Position numbers and translations under genes: made by a program. 39,319 nt of DNA from Cyanobacteriota bacterium. GTDB lineage: Bacteria > Cyanobacteriota > Cyanobacteriia > Cyanobacteriales > Nostocaceae. The stretch covers positions 1 to 39,319 of the forward strand of contig JBJOKS010000037.1 in the NCBI GenBank assembly GCA_046045965.1. Direction: 5' to 3'. This document shows, piece after piece, positions 21,409 to 30,397 of the stretch; position 1 is the stretch's first letter; every line of letters starts with the position of its first letter. The notes beneath the pieces are model-generated. The model did not search any database. It was not told where the DNA came from and saw nothing but the letters and a program-made list of their open reading frames with translations.

Positions 21409-22281
21409 ATGACAGCTAAAGTAATTAGTGTTTGCAACCTCAAAGGTGGAGTAGGTAAAACCACCAACGTCATGGCCTTAGCAGAATATTTAGCCGGCGA
21501 TACCATGTATGGTAAAAGGATACTCGCTATTGACTTAGATCCCCAGAGTAACCTAACTAGCGCCATGATGTCAGAAGAGGTTTGGGAATGGCAATATAAT
21601 CAAAAAGGATTGACTTTACCTTTTCTTTTGAAAAATGCTGATTATTTTTTAGAAAAGGGTAATAGTGAAAAATTCATAGTTAAAGAAGAAGTTTCCAATG
21701 TCAGAAATAAAAACTCATTCAATTGTCTACATTTAATTCCTAGCAGTCCCAGATTATTTGAAGTGCAGGAATATTTACCAGCCAATGCAGTGGCAATTCT
21801 GCATAACATTATCACTCCTTTACTAGACAAATACGATTACATTTTAATAGATTGTCCACCAAGTATTAATAATGTGATCAAAAGTGCATTTTATGCCAGT
21901 GATTTTTGTTTAATTCCTTGTGTACCCAGCCGGATGTCAATTCATGGTTTAGAACTTTTATTAGAACAAATTGCACAATTTAAGAAAGATTACGACCATA
22001 AACTTAGTCCCATTGGTACTTTAATTTCCCGTTATAATGGTACTGTTTCCCAAACGCACAATTTGAATTTTATTATTGTTAATCCCTTTTTCCCGCCAAC
22101 TTTTGCCACGAAAATACCAGAAAGAGCGAGAATTGCTGAAGGTTTAGATTTTCATCATCCATTAACCTATAAACAAAAATATGGTGATGGACATGAAGTA
22201 ATGATGGAACTAGCTAAAGAATTTATGCGAAGAGTCGATGGTAGCGTAGTTTATGCACCACTGATGGCCAGTTCGTTGTAA
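21409..22281 (+). CDS. ParA/Soj-family ATPase (orphan)
   Basis: NLKGGVGKTT deviant Walker A, IDLDPQSNLT, ILIDCPPS; likely start ATG 21409. Confidence 0.9.
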   Translation: MTAKVISVCNLKGGVGKTTNVMALAEYLAGDTMYGKRILAIDLDPQSNLTSAMMSEEVWEWQYNQKGLTLPFLLKNADYFLEKGNSEKFIVKEEVSNVRNKNSFNCLHLIPSSPRLFEVQEYLPANAVAILHNIITPLLDKYDYILIDCPPSINNVIKSAFYASDFCLIPCVPSRMSIHGLELLLEQIAQFKKDYDHKLSPIGTLISRYNGTVSQTHNLNFIIVNPFFPPTFATKIPERARIAEGLDFHHPLTYKQKYGDGHEVMMELAKEFMRRVDGSVVYAPLMASSL

Positions 22282-22312
22282 GAGGATGTTTGAGTTCAGG
22301 AAAATATTTAAT

Positions 22313-22362
22313 GACTGGGAATTAATTCCCAGTCTCATAGCGAAAGTCTGTTTTAACAGACT
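22313..22362. repeat. double palindrome, REP- or IS200/IS605-end-like
   Basis: Perfect 22-bp GACTGGGAATTAATTCCCAGTC (22313-22334) plus AGTCTGTT-TT-AACAGACT (22345-22362). Confidence 0.75.
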
Positions 22363-22390
22363 ATAATAATTTAGCAGTTAGCATCAATGA

Positions 22391-22425
22391 AAATCCTGTA
22401 AATTCTGAAATCCTGATTCTGATAA
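22391..22425 (+). repeat. short dispersed repeat ATCCTGTAAAT..ATCCTGATT; second copy at about 25246-25285
   Basis: Two similar copies within the window. Confidence 0.6.
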
Positions 22426-22473
22426 GATGTTAAAATATCAATAAATCACTAATTCAATTGAGAAGATAAAACT

Positions 22474-22734
22474 ATGCAAAAAATAAATGTTGATGCTCGT
22501 GTAGATGAAAATGGTTTTTTATACTTGAAAATGCCACATAATTTCGCTGGTATGGAAATCATAGGTCAACTTTTATATCAAGTTAACCCTAGTAAATTAC
22601 CAACCCAAGAAAAGCGGGAAGTTGATATTAATGCTGTGCGTAGTATCTGTAATCAAATTAGAAATTTACCTATGCTTGATAGCAGAACTCCTGATGAAAT
22701 TATTGGTTATAATGAGTTTGGGATTCCTGAATAA
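22474..22734 (+). CDS. vapB: VapB-type antitoxin (Rv0623-like C-terminus)
   Basis: C-terminal DSRTPDEIIGYNEFGIP motif; TAATG overlap with an MVIDTSA start. Confidence 0.75.
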   Translation: MQKINVDARVDENGFLYLKMPHNFAGMEIIGQLLYQVNPSKLPTQEKREVDINAVRSICNQIRNLPMLDSRTPDEIIGYNEFGIPE

Positions 22735-22769
22735 TGGTGATTGACACTTCTGCTCAAGTTAATTACTGA
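22734..22769 (+). pseudogene. vapC: truncated VapC PIN-domain toxin (MVIDTSA then QVNY-stop)
   Basis: ATG GTG ATT GAC ACT TCT GCT is a canonical PIN N-terminus, translationally coupled to vapB; stop follows 11 codons. Confidence 0.75.
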
Positions 22770-24127
22770 TTAATATATATTTTGAATAAAGAATTTACCT
22801 GAAATTTCACTTTCTCTTCTATTAACACTTTTTCTACCAAACACCGACGATTTAAAGATTGTAAAACTTTCAAAAATCTAGCATTTGATAATTCCAACTC
22901 AGCAGGTTTTTGAAAAATATCTATAGGTTCATTTTGTTTTGCTAACCAGTTGATAACCTTTTTTTCTAATTCTGATAAACGTTCTAAATGATTTTCTAAC
23001 AGTGCTTCTATATCTCCTAAAAATACCTCATCTTCATCTATTAAAAATTGAGAAACTTTACCATTAAATAATTCCTTAATAGCTAATGTGATAATATTTA
23101 ACCAATAAGGATGACCTTGATAAAGTTTGATTAATTCATCCCATTTGTCATTATCTTTTAAATCTTTTTCCTTTAATATTGCTTTAGCATCTTCTTCTAA
23201 ACCTTGTAGATGTAATGTTTTTGTATATTGGTTTTCATTTTCTAAAGTTTCTATATCTGCGGGTTTTTCCGAACTAATCAAAATTAAAAAACTTTGATGA
23301 GATGAAGTCGCAATTTGTTGAAAAAATTTACTATAATCCTTATATTCTGTGAAATATTGACCTGCTAAGTTACCAAACTGAAAAATATTTTCTAGGTCAT
23401 CAATAATTACTAAACAACGAGATGAGTTAAAATAATCTATGACTTCAGGTAATGGGTTTTGTGATTGAGAAAAAAATTGTTTAAGTTCATTTTTAAGAGT
23501 TATCAGTTTAGGAAGATTATCAAGACTGCGATAAATAATATAATCAAATTCTGTTTGAATTTCTGAGATTAATTTCAGGGTTAATGCGGTTTTACCAATT
23601 CCACTTAATCCATAAATTGTGATTAGTCGAGTTTTATTTTCTAATATCCATTGTTTGAGAGTATTAATTTCTGAAGTGCGTCCATATTTATAGTTTAATT
23701 CTGGTGCTTTTGTTAGGTCTATTTTTGAGGTTTGTTTTTGAGGTTTGGGAGAATTATAACTTTTTCGTCTATTGCTAGTTGTTTGTATAAATTTACTACC
23801 AATATTAATAGTATTTTGATTATTTTGTAATAAACAATAACTAGAAGAATGAAATTCAATAAAATTCTTATTTTTTTCTAGCTTAGAACGAAAATTATCT
23901 TTATTAAAATTTTCTCCTAATGATTGACCTAGTTTTTTCCATAATTTAGCTGCTTCTTTTTTGATATGAGATTCACTACAATTATTAAATTCTACAGCTA
24001 TTTGCCAATATTTTTGACCTTGCCAAACACCTTTGAGAATTGCTTCCTCTACAGGAGTCAGATTTTCACTAGTATTTTCAAAGATTAAAGTATCCATGTA
24101 TTGTAAAACGTCATCAATATCATTCAT
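22763..24127 (-). CDS. HTH + NB-ARC (STAND) ATPase with no C-terminal sensor repeats
   Basis: N-terminal LTPVEEAILKGVWQGQKY..LWKKL HTH; GLSGIGKT Walker A; LVIIDD Walker B; YQGHPYWL (GxP). Confidence 0.88.
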   Translation of the reverse strand: MNDIDDVLQYMDTLIFENTSENLTPVEEAILKGVWQGQKYWQIAVEFNNCSESHIKKEAAKLWKKLGQSLGENFNKDNFRSKLEKNKNFIEFHSSSYCLLQNNQNTINIGSKFIQTTSNRRKSYNSPKPQKQTSKIDLTKAPELNYKYGRTSEINTLKQWILENKTRLITIYGLSGIGKTALTLKLISEIQTEFDYIIYRSLDNLPKLITLKNELKQFFSQSQNPLPEVIDYFNSSRCLVIIDDLENIFQFGNLAGQYFTEYKDYSKFFQQIATSSHQSFLILISSEKPADIETLENENQYTKTLHLQGLEEDAKAILKEKDLKDNDKWDELIKLYQGHPYWLNIITLAIKELFNGKVSQFLIDEDEVFLGDIEALLENHLERLSELEKKVINWLAKQNEPIDIFQKPAELELSNARFLKVLQSLNRRCLVEKVLIEEKVKFQVNSLFKIYINQ

Positions 24128-24190
24128 CTGTAGTTACACCAAGATATGTATAAAAATATATTATACCAAATCCCACTAAATTGATACTAA

Positions 24191-25012
24191 ATTCTATCTA
24201 AATCGTGTACTAAACCCTACTTTACTTCAAGCTTTACTGAAGGACTGGGTAGAGTAAAGATAGGTGATAAATGGGGTTTTATTAGCAAAGAAGGTAAACA
24301 AGCGATTCCAGCAAATTTTGATCGTGTACTTCCGTTTAACGAAGGACTTGCGGCGGTCAATATTGGAGCTACTCCAGGCTTTAGTCCCGATCCAAATATA
24401 GGTGGTAAATGGGGATTTATTGACAAAAAAGGTAAACAAGTTATTCCGAATGAATTTGGTCTAGTTAGTTCTTTTTATGAAGGTTTAGCTTCAGTTATTG
24501 AACAAAAAACAGATGGTACTTTCTTCGATACATTTGGTCTTGGTGGTAAAATTGGGTTTCTTAATAAGGAAGGTAAACTCATTATTCCATACCAATTTGA
24601 TGAAAGGAGGATAACAGGAGTTAATCAGGTATTTTGGGAGGGACTAGCGGGAGTATTTATTAATTGGAAATGGGGCTTTATCAATCATCAAGGAACATTA
24701 GTTATTCCTTCTCAATTCGAGGATATTCTGTTTTTTAGTGAAGGATTAGCACCAGTTAAAATTAATGGTAAATGGGGTTTTATAGATAAAGTGAGACGAT
24801 TTATTATTTCTCCCAAGTTTGATTTTGCTTCTACTTTTAGAGAAGGTTTAGCTCCTGTAAGAATTGGTGATAAATATCGCTATATAAATAAACAGGGTAA
24901 AGAAGTTATTAGTCCTCAATTTGATTATGCTGATAGATTTAACGAAGGATTAGCAGCGGTACAAGTTAATGGTAAATGGGGTCATATTCGTAATCCTCTA
25001 CAAAAATATTAG
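24191..25012 (+). pseudogene. 5'-truncated WG-repeat (KWG-Leptospira-type) protein
   Basis: Open frame from 24191 with about 6 FxEGLA..KWGFIxKxG..VI repeats; no ATG/GTG/TTG until 24791 and no signal peptide. Confidence 0.8.
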
Positions 25013-25288
25013 TTGTTTGTAGGTAGGTTGGTAAAATGGCTCTACATATCATTTAAAATACCATGATATTAATTCCGTTTTACCCAGATCATACTCTAAT
25101 AGAGAAGTTAAAATTTACGCAACTAAAGAAATACGCTCTTCTCCTTTTTCGAGAATCAGACGATACCCACAAATTTGAACTATATGTAAAAAGATGCTCA
25201 TTTTCATATCTTGCACATATCTTGAATAACAGCATCAAATCAAACATCCTGTAAATCCTCAAATGCAGGACATCCTGATTAAGACAAA

Positions 25289-26197
25289 TCAAACACTCTT
25301 CACCCGAATCAAACCTTTATCAAAAACACGATTATCAGTACCAATACCACTCACTTCAATTCTATCTGCATACACATCATAAGCCGCAAAACTTAAATTA
25401 CTCGTAGAATATTCAGTCCACGCAGAACGACCCACAGGACGATTTCCCGCACCAGCACCACAAATTAAATAAGTTGTACCATTAATAGACCGAGTGCGTT
25501 CATAATGATGTTCATGACCATTAATATAAAGCTGAACACCGTATTTTTGAAATAAAGGAGTAAACGTCTTAATAAAATTCGCATTACTCCCATAAGCACC
25601 AGAAGCATAAATTGGATGATGACCAAATACCACCTTCCAAGCTGCTTTACTTAAACTCAATTCTTTCTCTAACCAAATTAGCTGATTTTTCCAATCAGCA
25701 TTACCATTAGTATCTAAAGCAAAAAACTGTACATTTTCACGAATAAATGTATAGTACCTTCCTTTCATATTGAAACCTTGATAATTTACCTGGGGAACAC
25801 CATTATCAGTTCTAATATCGTGATTACCTAAACAGGCTTGAAATTTCACATCTTTTTTGAGCAAAGGTTGATAAGGACGTTCAAAAACTGCGCCTATTTT
25901 CTCAATTTCACCATTGTTGTAAATATTATCTCCGCCTAAAATAACTAAATTGTAGGGATTTTTTTGGTGATAAAAATTCATCGCTCTAGCTACAGCATAC
26001 TGTCCTCTAGCACCCGTTCCCGTATCAGCAACAGATACAAAACGAAATAACAAATCTTTTGGGTTTAAATTTGCGGCTATTGCTGTTTCTGAAAAAGGAT
26101 TTTCCCCATTTTTATAGGCTAAATTCCAACCGAGAAATCCTGAAACAATGGTGCTAAGACTACCTAAAAATAAAAATTGACGGCGTTTGAGTTTCAT
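25289..26197 (-). CDS. Tat-exported metallophosphoesterase
   Basis: KRRQFL twin-arginine signal; ADTG, GDNIY, GNHD, GHHP, NGHEH. Confidence 0.93.
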   Translation of the reverse strand: MKLKRRQFLFLGSLSTIVSGFLGWNLAYKNGENPFSETAIAANLNPKDLLFRFVSVADTGTGARGQYAVARAMNFYHQKNPYNLVILGGDNIYNNGEIEKIGAVFERPYQPLLKKDVKFQACLGNHDIRTDNGVPQVNYQGFNMKGRYYTFIRENVQFFALDTNGNADWKNQLIWLEKELSLSKAAWKVVFGHHPIYASGAYGSNANFIKTFTPLFQKYGVQLYINGHEHHYERTRSINGTTYLICGAGAGNRPVGRSAWTEYSTSNLSFAAYDVYADRIEVSGIGTDNRVFDKGLIRVKSV

Positions 26198-26315
26198 AAC
26201 TTAGTAAATTAATTAAATGGCACAATAAAAAGCATCTTGACTTCTGTACGGTCGGGGTTACTGACTCCTGACTCCTGAATTCTTCCATTGATTCATTAAT
26301 CTGAGGAAAAGTTCC

Positions 26316-27206
26316 ATGTCACAAGACAAACGACGAAAACCAAAGGATGAGCAAAAAAATCAACCTTCTTCAAAACCCTACCAGAAAAACCCGCCAATTT
26401 GGAAGACAACAATAATTCAATTTTTGCGAGGAACAATAGGGTTATTAGAAAATACAGTAGTCAAACTGGAAACAGAACCACCTCCCACTACTGAAAAAAA
26501 GCCTAATCTTTTAGAAAGGGTTTTGCGAGGATGGGATAGATTTTTACAGACATTCCGCTTGTTTTTACCATCAAAAGTTTCTAATAATGTATCAGATACT
26601 GTTTTAACGGGAATTTTTGCGGTAGTTACTGTGGTGATAGTTGGGACAACTGCAACGGTTTTTACTTCCAAACCTGCTGAAATAGCAACCCTTCCCCCAG
26701 TTGAGGAAGTTCCCGCACCTACACTACCAACAGCAGAACCAGAACCAATTCCAATACTAGAACCAGAACCGGAACCAACCCCAACACCAGAACCAACACC
26801 AGAACCAACACCAGAACCAACTCCAGAACCAGAACCAACACCAGAAAAGATTGTAGAATTGACACCAGAACAAGCTTTAATTGCGGCTATTGAAAATCAA
26901 TTGGCGGAAATTACCGTTTCTGTACAAACCAACGGAGATGAAAAAATTTCCGTTAACTTGATAAAATCAATTCAAGCTAATTTCCGTACCAGCGATTTAA
27001 CCATTACAATAAGTGATGATTGGTACACCCTAGAACCATCACAACAGCAACAATTAGCAGCGGATATATTAAAACGTTCTCAAGAATTAGATTTCACTCA
27101 TTTACAACTTTTTGATTCTCAAGATAAATTAATTGCACGTAGTCCAGTTGTGGGTAATGAAATGATAATCTTTAGTAAGCATTCAGGAGTCAGGAGTCAT
27201 GACTAG
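26316..27206 (+). CDS. hypothetical membrane protein with a PEPT-repeat linker
   Basis: One hydrophobic helix, (PEPT)n encoded by CCAGAACCAACA repeats, conserved-looking C-terminus (LIARSPVVGNEMII). Confidence 0.8.
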   Translation: MSQDKRRKPKDEQKNQPSSKPYQKNPPIWKTTIIQFLRGTIGLLENTVVKLETEPPPTTEKKPNLLERVLRGWDRFLQTFRLFLPSKVSNNVSDTVLTGIFAVVTVVIVGTTATVFTSKPAEIATLPPVEEVPAPTLPTAEPEPIPILEPEPEPTPTPEPTPEPTPEPTPEPEPTPEKIVELTPEQALIAAIENQLAEITVSVQTNGDEKISVNLIKSIQANFRTSDLTITISDDWYTLEPSQQQQLAADILKRSQELDFTHLQLFDSQDKLIARSPVVGNEMIIFSKHSGVRSHD

Positions 27207-27297
27207 CAGAATTTGTGGTCAGGAGTAACCATTGTTAAAGTTGCACATTATCAGATAAAATAAGTGATTTATCCGTTGAAAGACTCTGCTGTTATAT

Positions 27298-27615
27298 ATG
27301 TCTAAAACTTACACCGTTGAAATTCACCACCAAGGCACAATTCATACCTTGCAAGTTCCCGAAAATGAAGCTATCCTTACAGTTGCTCAAAGTTCTGGTT
27401 TAGACTTGCCAACTTCCTGTGGTGCTGGTGTTTGTACCACTTGCGCTGGTCAGCTTATTGAGGGAACTGTAGACCAAACTGACGGGATGGGTGTAAGTCT
27501 AGAATTGCAAAAACAAGGTTATGTCCTACTTTGTGTAGCTAAACCTCGTTCTGATTTAAAAGTTGCGACAGAAAAAGAAGACATCGTTTATCAGATGCAA
27601 TTTGGTAAAGGTTAG
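27298..27615 (+). CDS. [2Fe-2S] plant-type ferredoxin, minor C-terminally extended type
   Basis: CGAGVCTTC..LLC (CX4CX2C..C) with EDIVYQMQFG extension. Confidence 0.93.
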   Translation: MSKTYTVEIHHQGTIHTLQVPENEAILTVAQSSGLDLPTSCGAGVCTTCAGQLIEGTVDQTDGMGVSLELQKQGYVLLCVAKPRSDLKVATEKEDIVYQMQFGKG

Positions 27616-27715
27616 TAAACTGGGTCATTGGTAATGGGTAATGCTGTTTTATCAATTACCAATTACCCAAAATAGCTGTATTCTAGAAATAACCAAAACT
27701 CTATATTTTACAATC

Positions 27716-27898
27716 ATGACTACCCATTTTATTACTGCCGAAATCGACTTACAAGAAACACCCACAGAATTACAAAAAGCCATTGAAGCCGAATTGAAAA
27801 AACAAGGTGAACCCTTACGCTGGGCGGTTACTTCCGTTGATGAAGAACAGGAAAAAGCCACAGTAGAAGCAGTCGTCACCACAGCAAATGCTGAATAA
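27716..27898 (+). CDS. small conserved cyanobacterial hypothetical protein
   Basis: MTTHFITAEIDL..GEPLRWAVT..VEAVVT; lies in the ferredoxin-DUF3326 cluster. Confidence 0.75.
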   Translation: MTTHFITAEIDLQETPTELQKAIEAELKKQGEPLRWAVTSVDEEQEKATVEAVVTTANAE

Positions 27899-28040
27899 TT
27901 GCTGAATTACTAAAACTAAGGCGTTGCTAAATGAGCATAAAAGAAATTAAAAATATGGCTACGCCACGCAAGCTATCAAAATCTTCAACTTTGCGCCTTT
28001 GCTCCTTTGTGCCTTGGCGCGAAACATAATTAATACTGCC

Positions 28041-29084
28041 ATGATGCAACGCCCATATACAGCGATTTTAATTATACCTACTGGCATAGGCGCGACCATT
28101 GGTGGTTATGCCGGTGACGCATTACCAGTAGCTAGAGTTATATCACAGGTGTGCGATCGCTTGATCACTCATCCCAACGTCCTCAACGGTGCAAGTTTAT
28201 ACTGGAATATCCCCAACGCCTTCTATGTGGAAGGATATGGTTTAGATAAATTTGCCGCTGGAGAATGGGGTTTAAGACCTGTGCATAGTAACCGCGTTGG
28301 TTTACTTTTAGACCAAGGAATAGAACCAGAATTAATGCTGCGACACCTGCAAGCCGCAGATGCAGCCAGAGCCACGTTAGGATTAAATATTACAAATCAT
28401 GTAATTACAGATGCCCCATTAGACGTAGAATTACGCATATCATCATCCGGTGCAAGTTGGGGAACAATTGGCAACCCAGATAGTTTATTACGGGCTGCGG
28501 AAATATTGATTAAAAAAGAGCAAGCAGAAGCGATCGCTGTTGTAGCTCGTTTCCCCGATAATATAGATGAACAAGCAACGCAAAATTACCGTCATGGAAA
28601 AGGCGTAGACCCCCTAGCAGGAGCAGAAGCCGTAATTAGCCATTTATTAGTGCGAACCTTTCAAATTCCTTGCGCCCATGCTCCCGCCCTTGCACCAGCA
28701 CCCCCAGATCCCAGTTTATCGCCCCGTTCCGCCGCCGAAGAATTAGGTTATACTTTTTTACCATGCGTTCTTGTCGGTTTAAGTCGCGCTCCCCAGTTTA
28801 TCGTCAACAGAGAATTTATCAATTCTTTACCAGCAGATATTTGGGCAGATCAAGTTGATGCTGTTATAGTACCAGCAAACGCCTGTGGGAGCAGCACCTT
28901 ACTAAGTTTAAGCCAGAAGCAATGCCAAATAATTACAGTTACAGAAAATAAAACTTTAATACAAGTTTCCGCCCCAGCGTTAGGAATCAAATCTATACAG
29001 GTAAACTCTTATTTAGAAGCAGTAGGTGTCTTAGTCGCTCACAAAGCAGGAATTAATCCTTGGTCATTAGTCATTAGTCATTAG
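28041..29084 (+). CDS. DUF3326 family protein
   Basis: IPTGIGATIGGYAGDA, THPNVLNGA, GVDPLAGAEAVISH, CAHAPA, AEELGYTFLPC. Confidence 0.9.
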   Translation: MMQRPYTAILIIPTGIGATIGGYAGDALPVARVISQVCDRLITHPNVLNGASLYWNIPNAFYVEGYGLDKFAAGEWGLRPVHSNRVGLLLDQGIEPELMLRHLQAADAARATLGLNITNHVITDAPLDVELRISSSGASWGTIGNPDSLLRAAEILIKKEQAEAIAVVARFPDNIDEQATQNYRHGKGVDPLAGAEAVISHLLVRTFQIPCAHAPALAPAPPDPSLSPRSAAEELGYTFLPCVLVGLSRAPQFIVNREFINSLPADIWADQVDAVIVPANACGSSTLLSLSQKQCQIITVTENKTLIQVSAPALGIKSIQVNSYLEAVGVLVAHKAGINPWSLVISH

Positions 29085-29193
29085 TCATTAGTCATTAGTC
29101 ATTAGTTGTTTCTTCCCCTGCTTCCCCTGCCTCCCCTGCCTCCCCTGCTTTCTGTCCCCAGTCCCCAGTCCCCAGTCCCCAGTCTCCAGTCCC
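29063..29193. repeat. compound STRR: (GTCATTA)x6, 9-mer C(T/C)TCCCCTG x~4, (CCCCAGT)n
   Basis: Read directly. Confidence 0.9.
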
Positions 29194-29209
29194 TATTATT
29201 TAAACGCCT

Positions 29210-29791
29210 GTGGTTGAACAAAAACAAGATCCAGAAATTCCTTATCTCACACGCACTCAAGTCCTGGTGGCTATGGGCGCGACCGCGATTATTTTATGGA
29301 TAGTCGCCAAGCTGTGGTTACGCTTTGGTAACTTTCCTCTCTTTAAGTTGTACTGGCAGCCCAGAGATTTATTTTTGGGTTTGGGGTTGGGTTTAGTCAT
29401 CACTGTTTTCAGTGGTTTAGCTTATCGCTTTTCTCCTCCCTATCGTAAAAGCGCAGATTATTATCTAGAAATGGTGCTTAAACCTTTAGCTTTACCAGAC
29501 TTGATCTGGCTAGGGTTGTTGCCGGGTTTAAGTGAAGAATTATTATTTCGCGGTGTCATGCTACCAGCTTTAGGTGCTGATCATGTAGCCGTTATTGTCT
29601 CCAGTCTTTGTTTTGGAGTTTTACACCTCAGTGGTGCCGAACAATGGCCTTATGTAATTTGGGCAACAATTATCGGGATCATCTTGGCATATAGCGCCCT
29701 ATTCAGTGGCAACTTGTTAGTGCCAATAATAGCTCATATCCTCACAAATTGGTTATCTAGCTATTTGTGGAAAACCCAGAAATTGGGCTAA
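29210..29791 (+). CDS. CPBP (CAAX/Abi) family intramembrane metalloprotease
   Basis: EELLFRG, FGVLH, AHILTN motifs; multiple TM segments. Confidence 0.92.
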   Translation: MVEQKQDPEIPYLTRTQVLVAMGATAIILWIVAKLWLRFGNFPLFKLYWQPRDLFLGLGLGLVITVFSGLAYRFSPPYRKSADYYLEMVLKPLALPDLIWLGLLPGLSEELLFRGVMLPALGADHVAVIVSSLCFGVLHLSGAEQWPYVIWATIIGIILAYSALFSGNLLVPIIAHILTNWLSSYLWKTQKLG

Positions 29792-29900
29792 AAACAGTTG
29801 TCAATGGGAACAGGGAACAGGGAACAAGGAACAGGTGAAGAATTTTCTCCCCATTCCCCATTTCCCCATCTCCTGTCACCTGCTATAACTGGCTTTTTCC

Positions 29901-30392
<492 letters not shown>

Positions 30393-30397
30393 CAGTT

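Noticed and set aside
20815..28152. HIP1-free gap as proof of horizontal transfer
   Set aside because: A similar gap of about 6 kb (28538-34496) spans core genes, so the gap is not diagnostic
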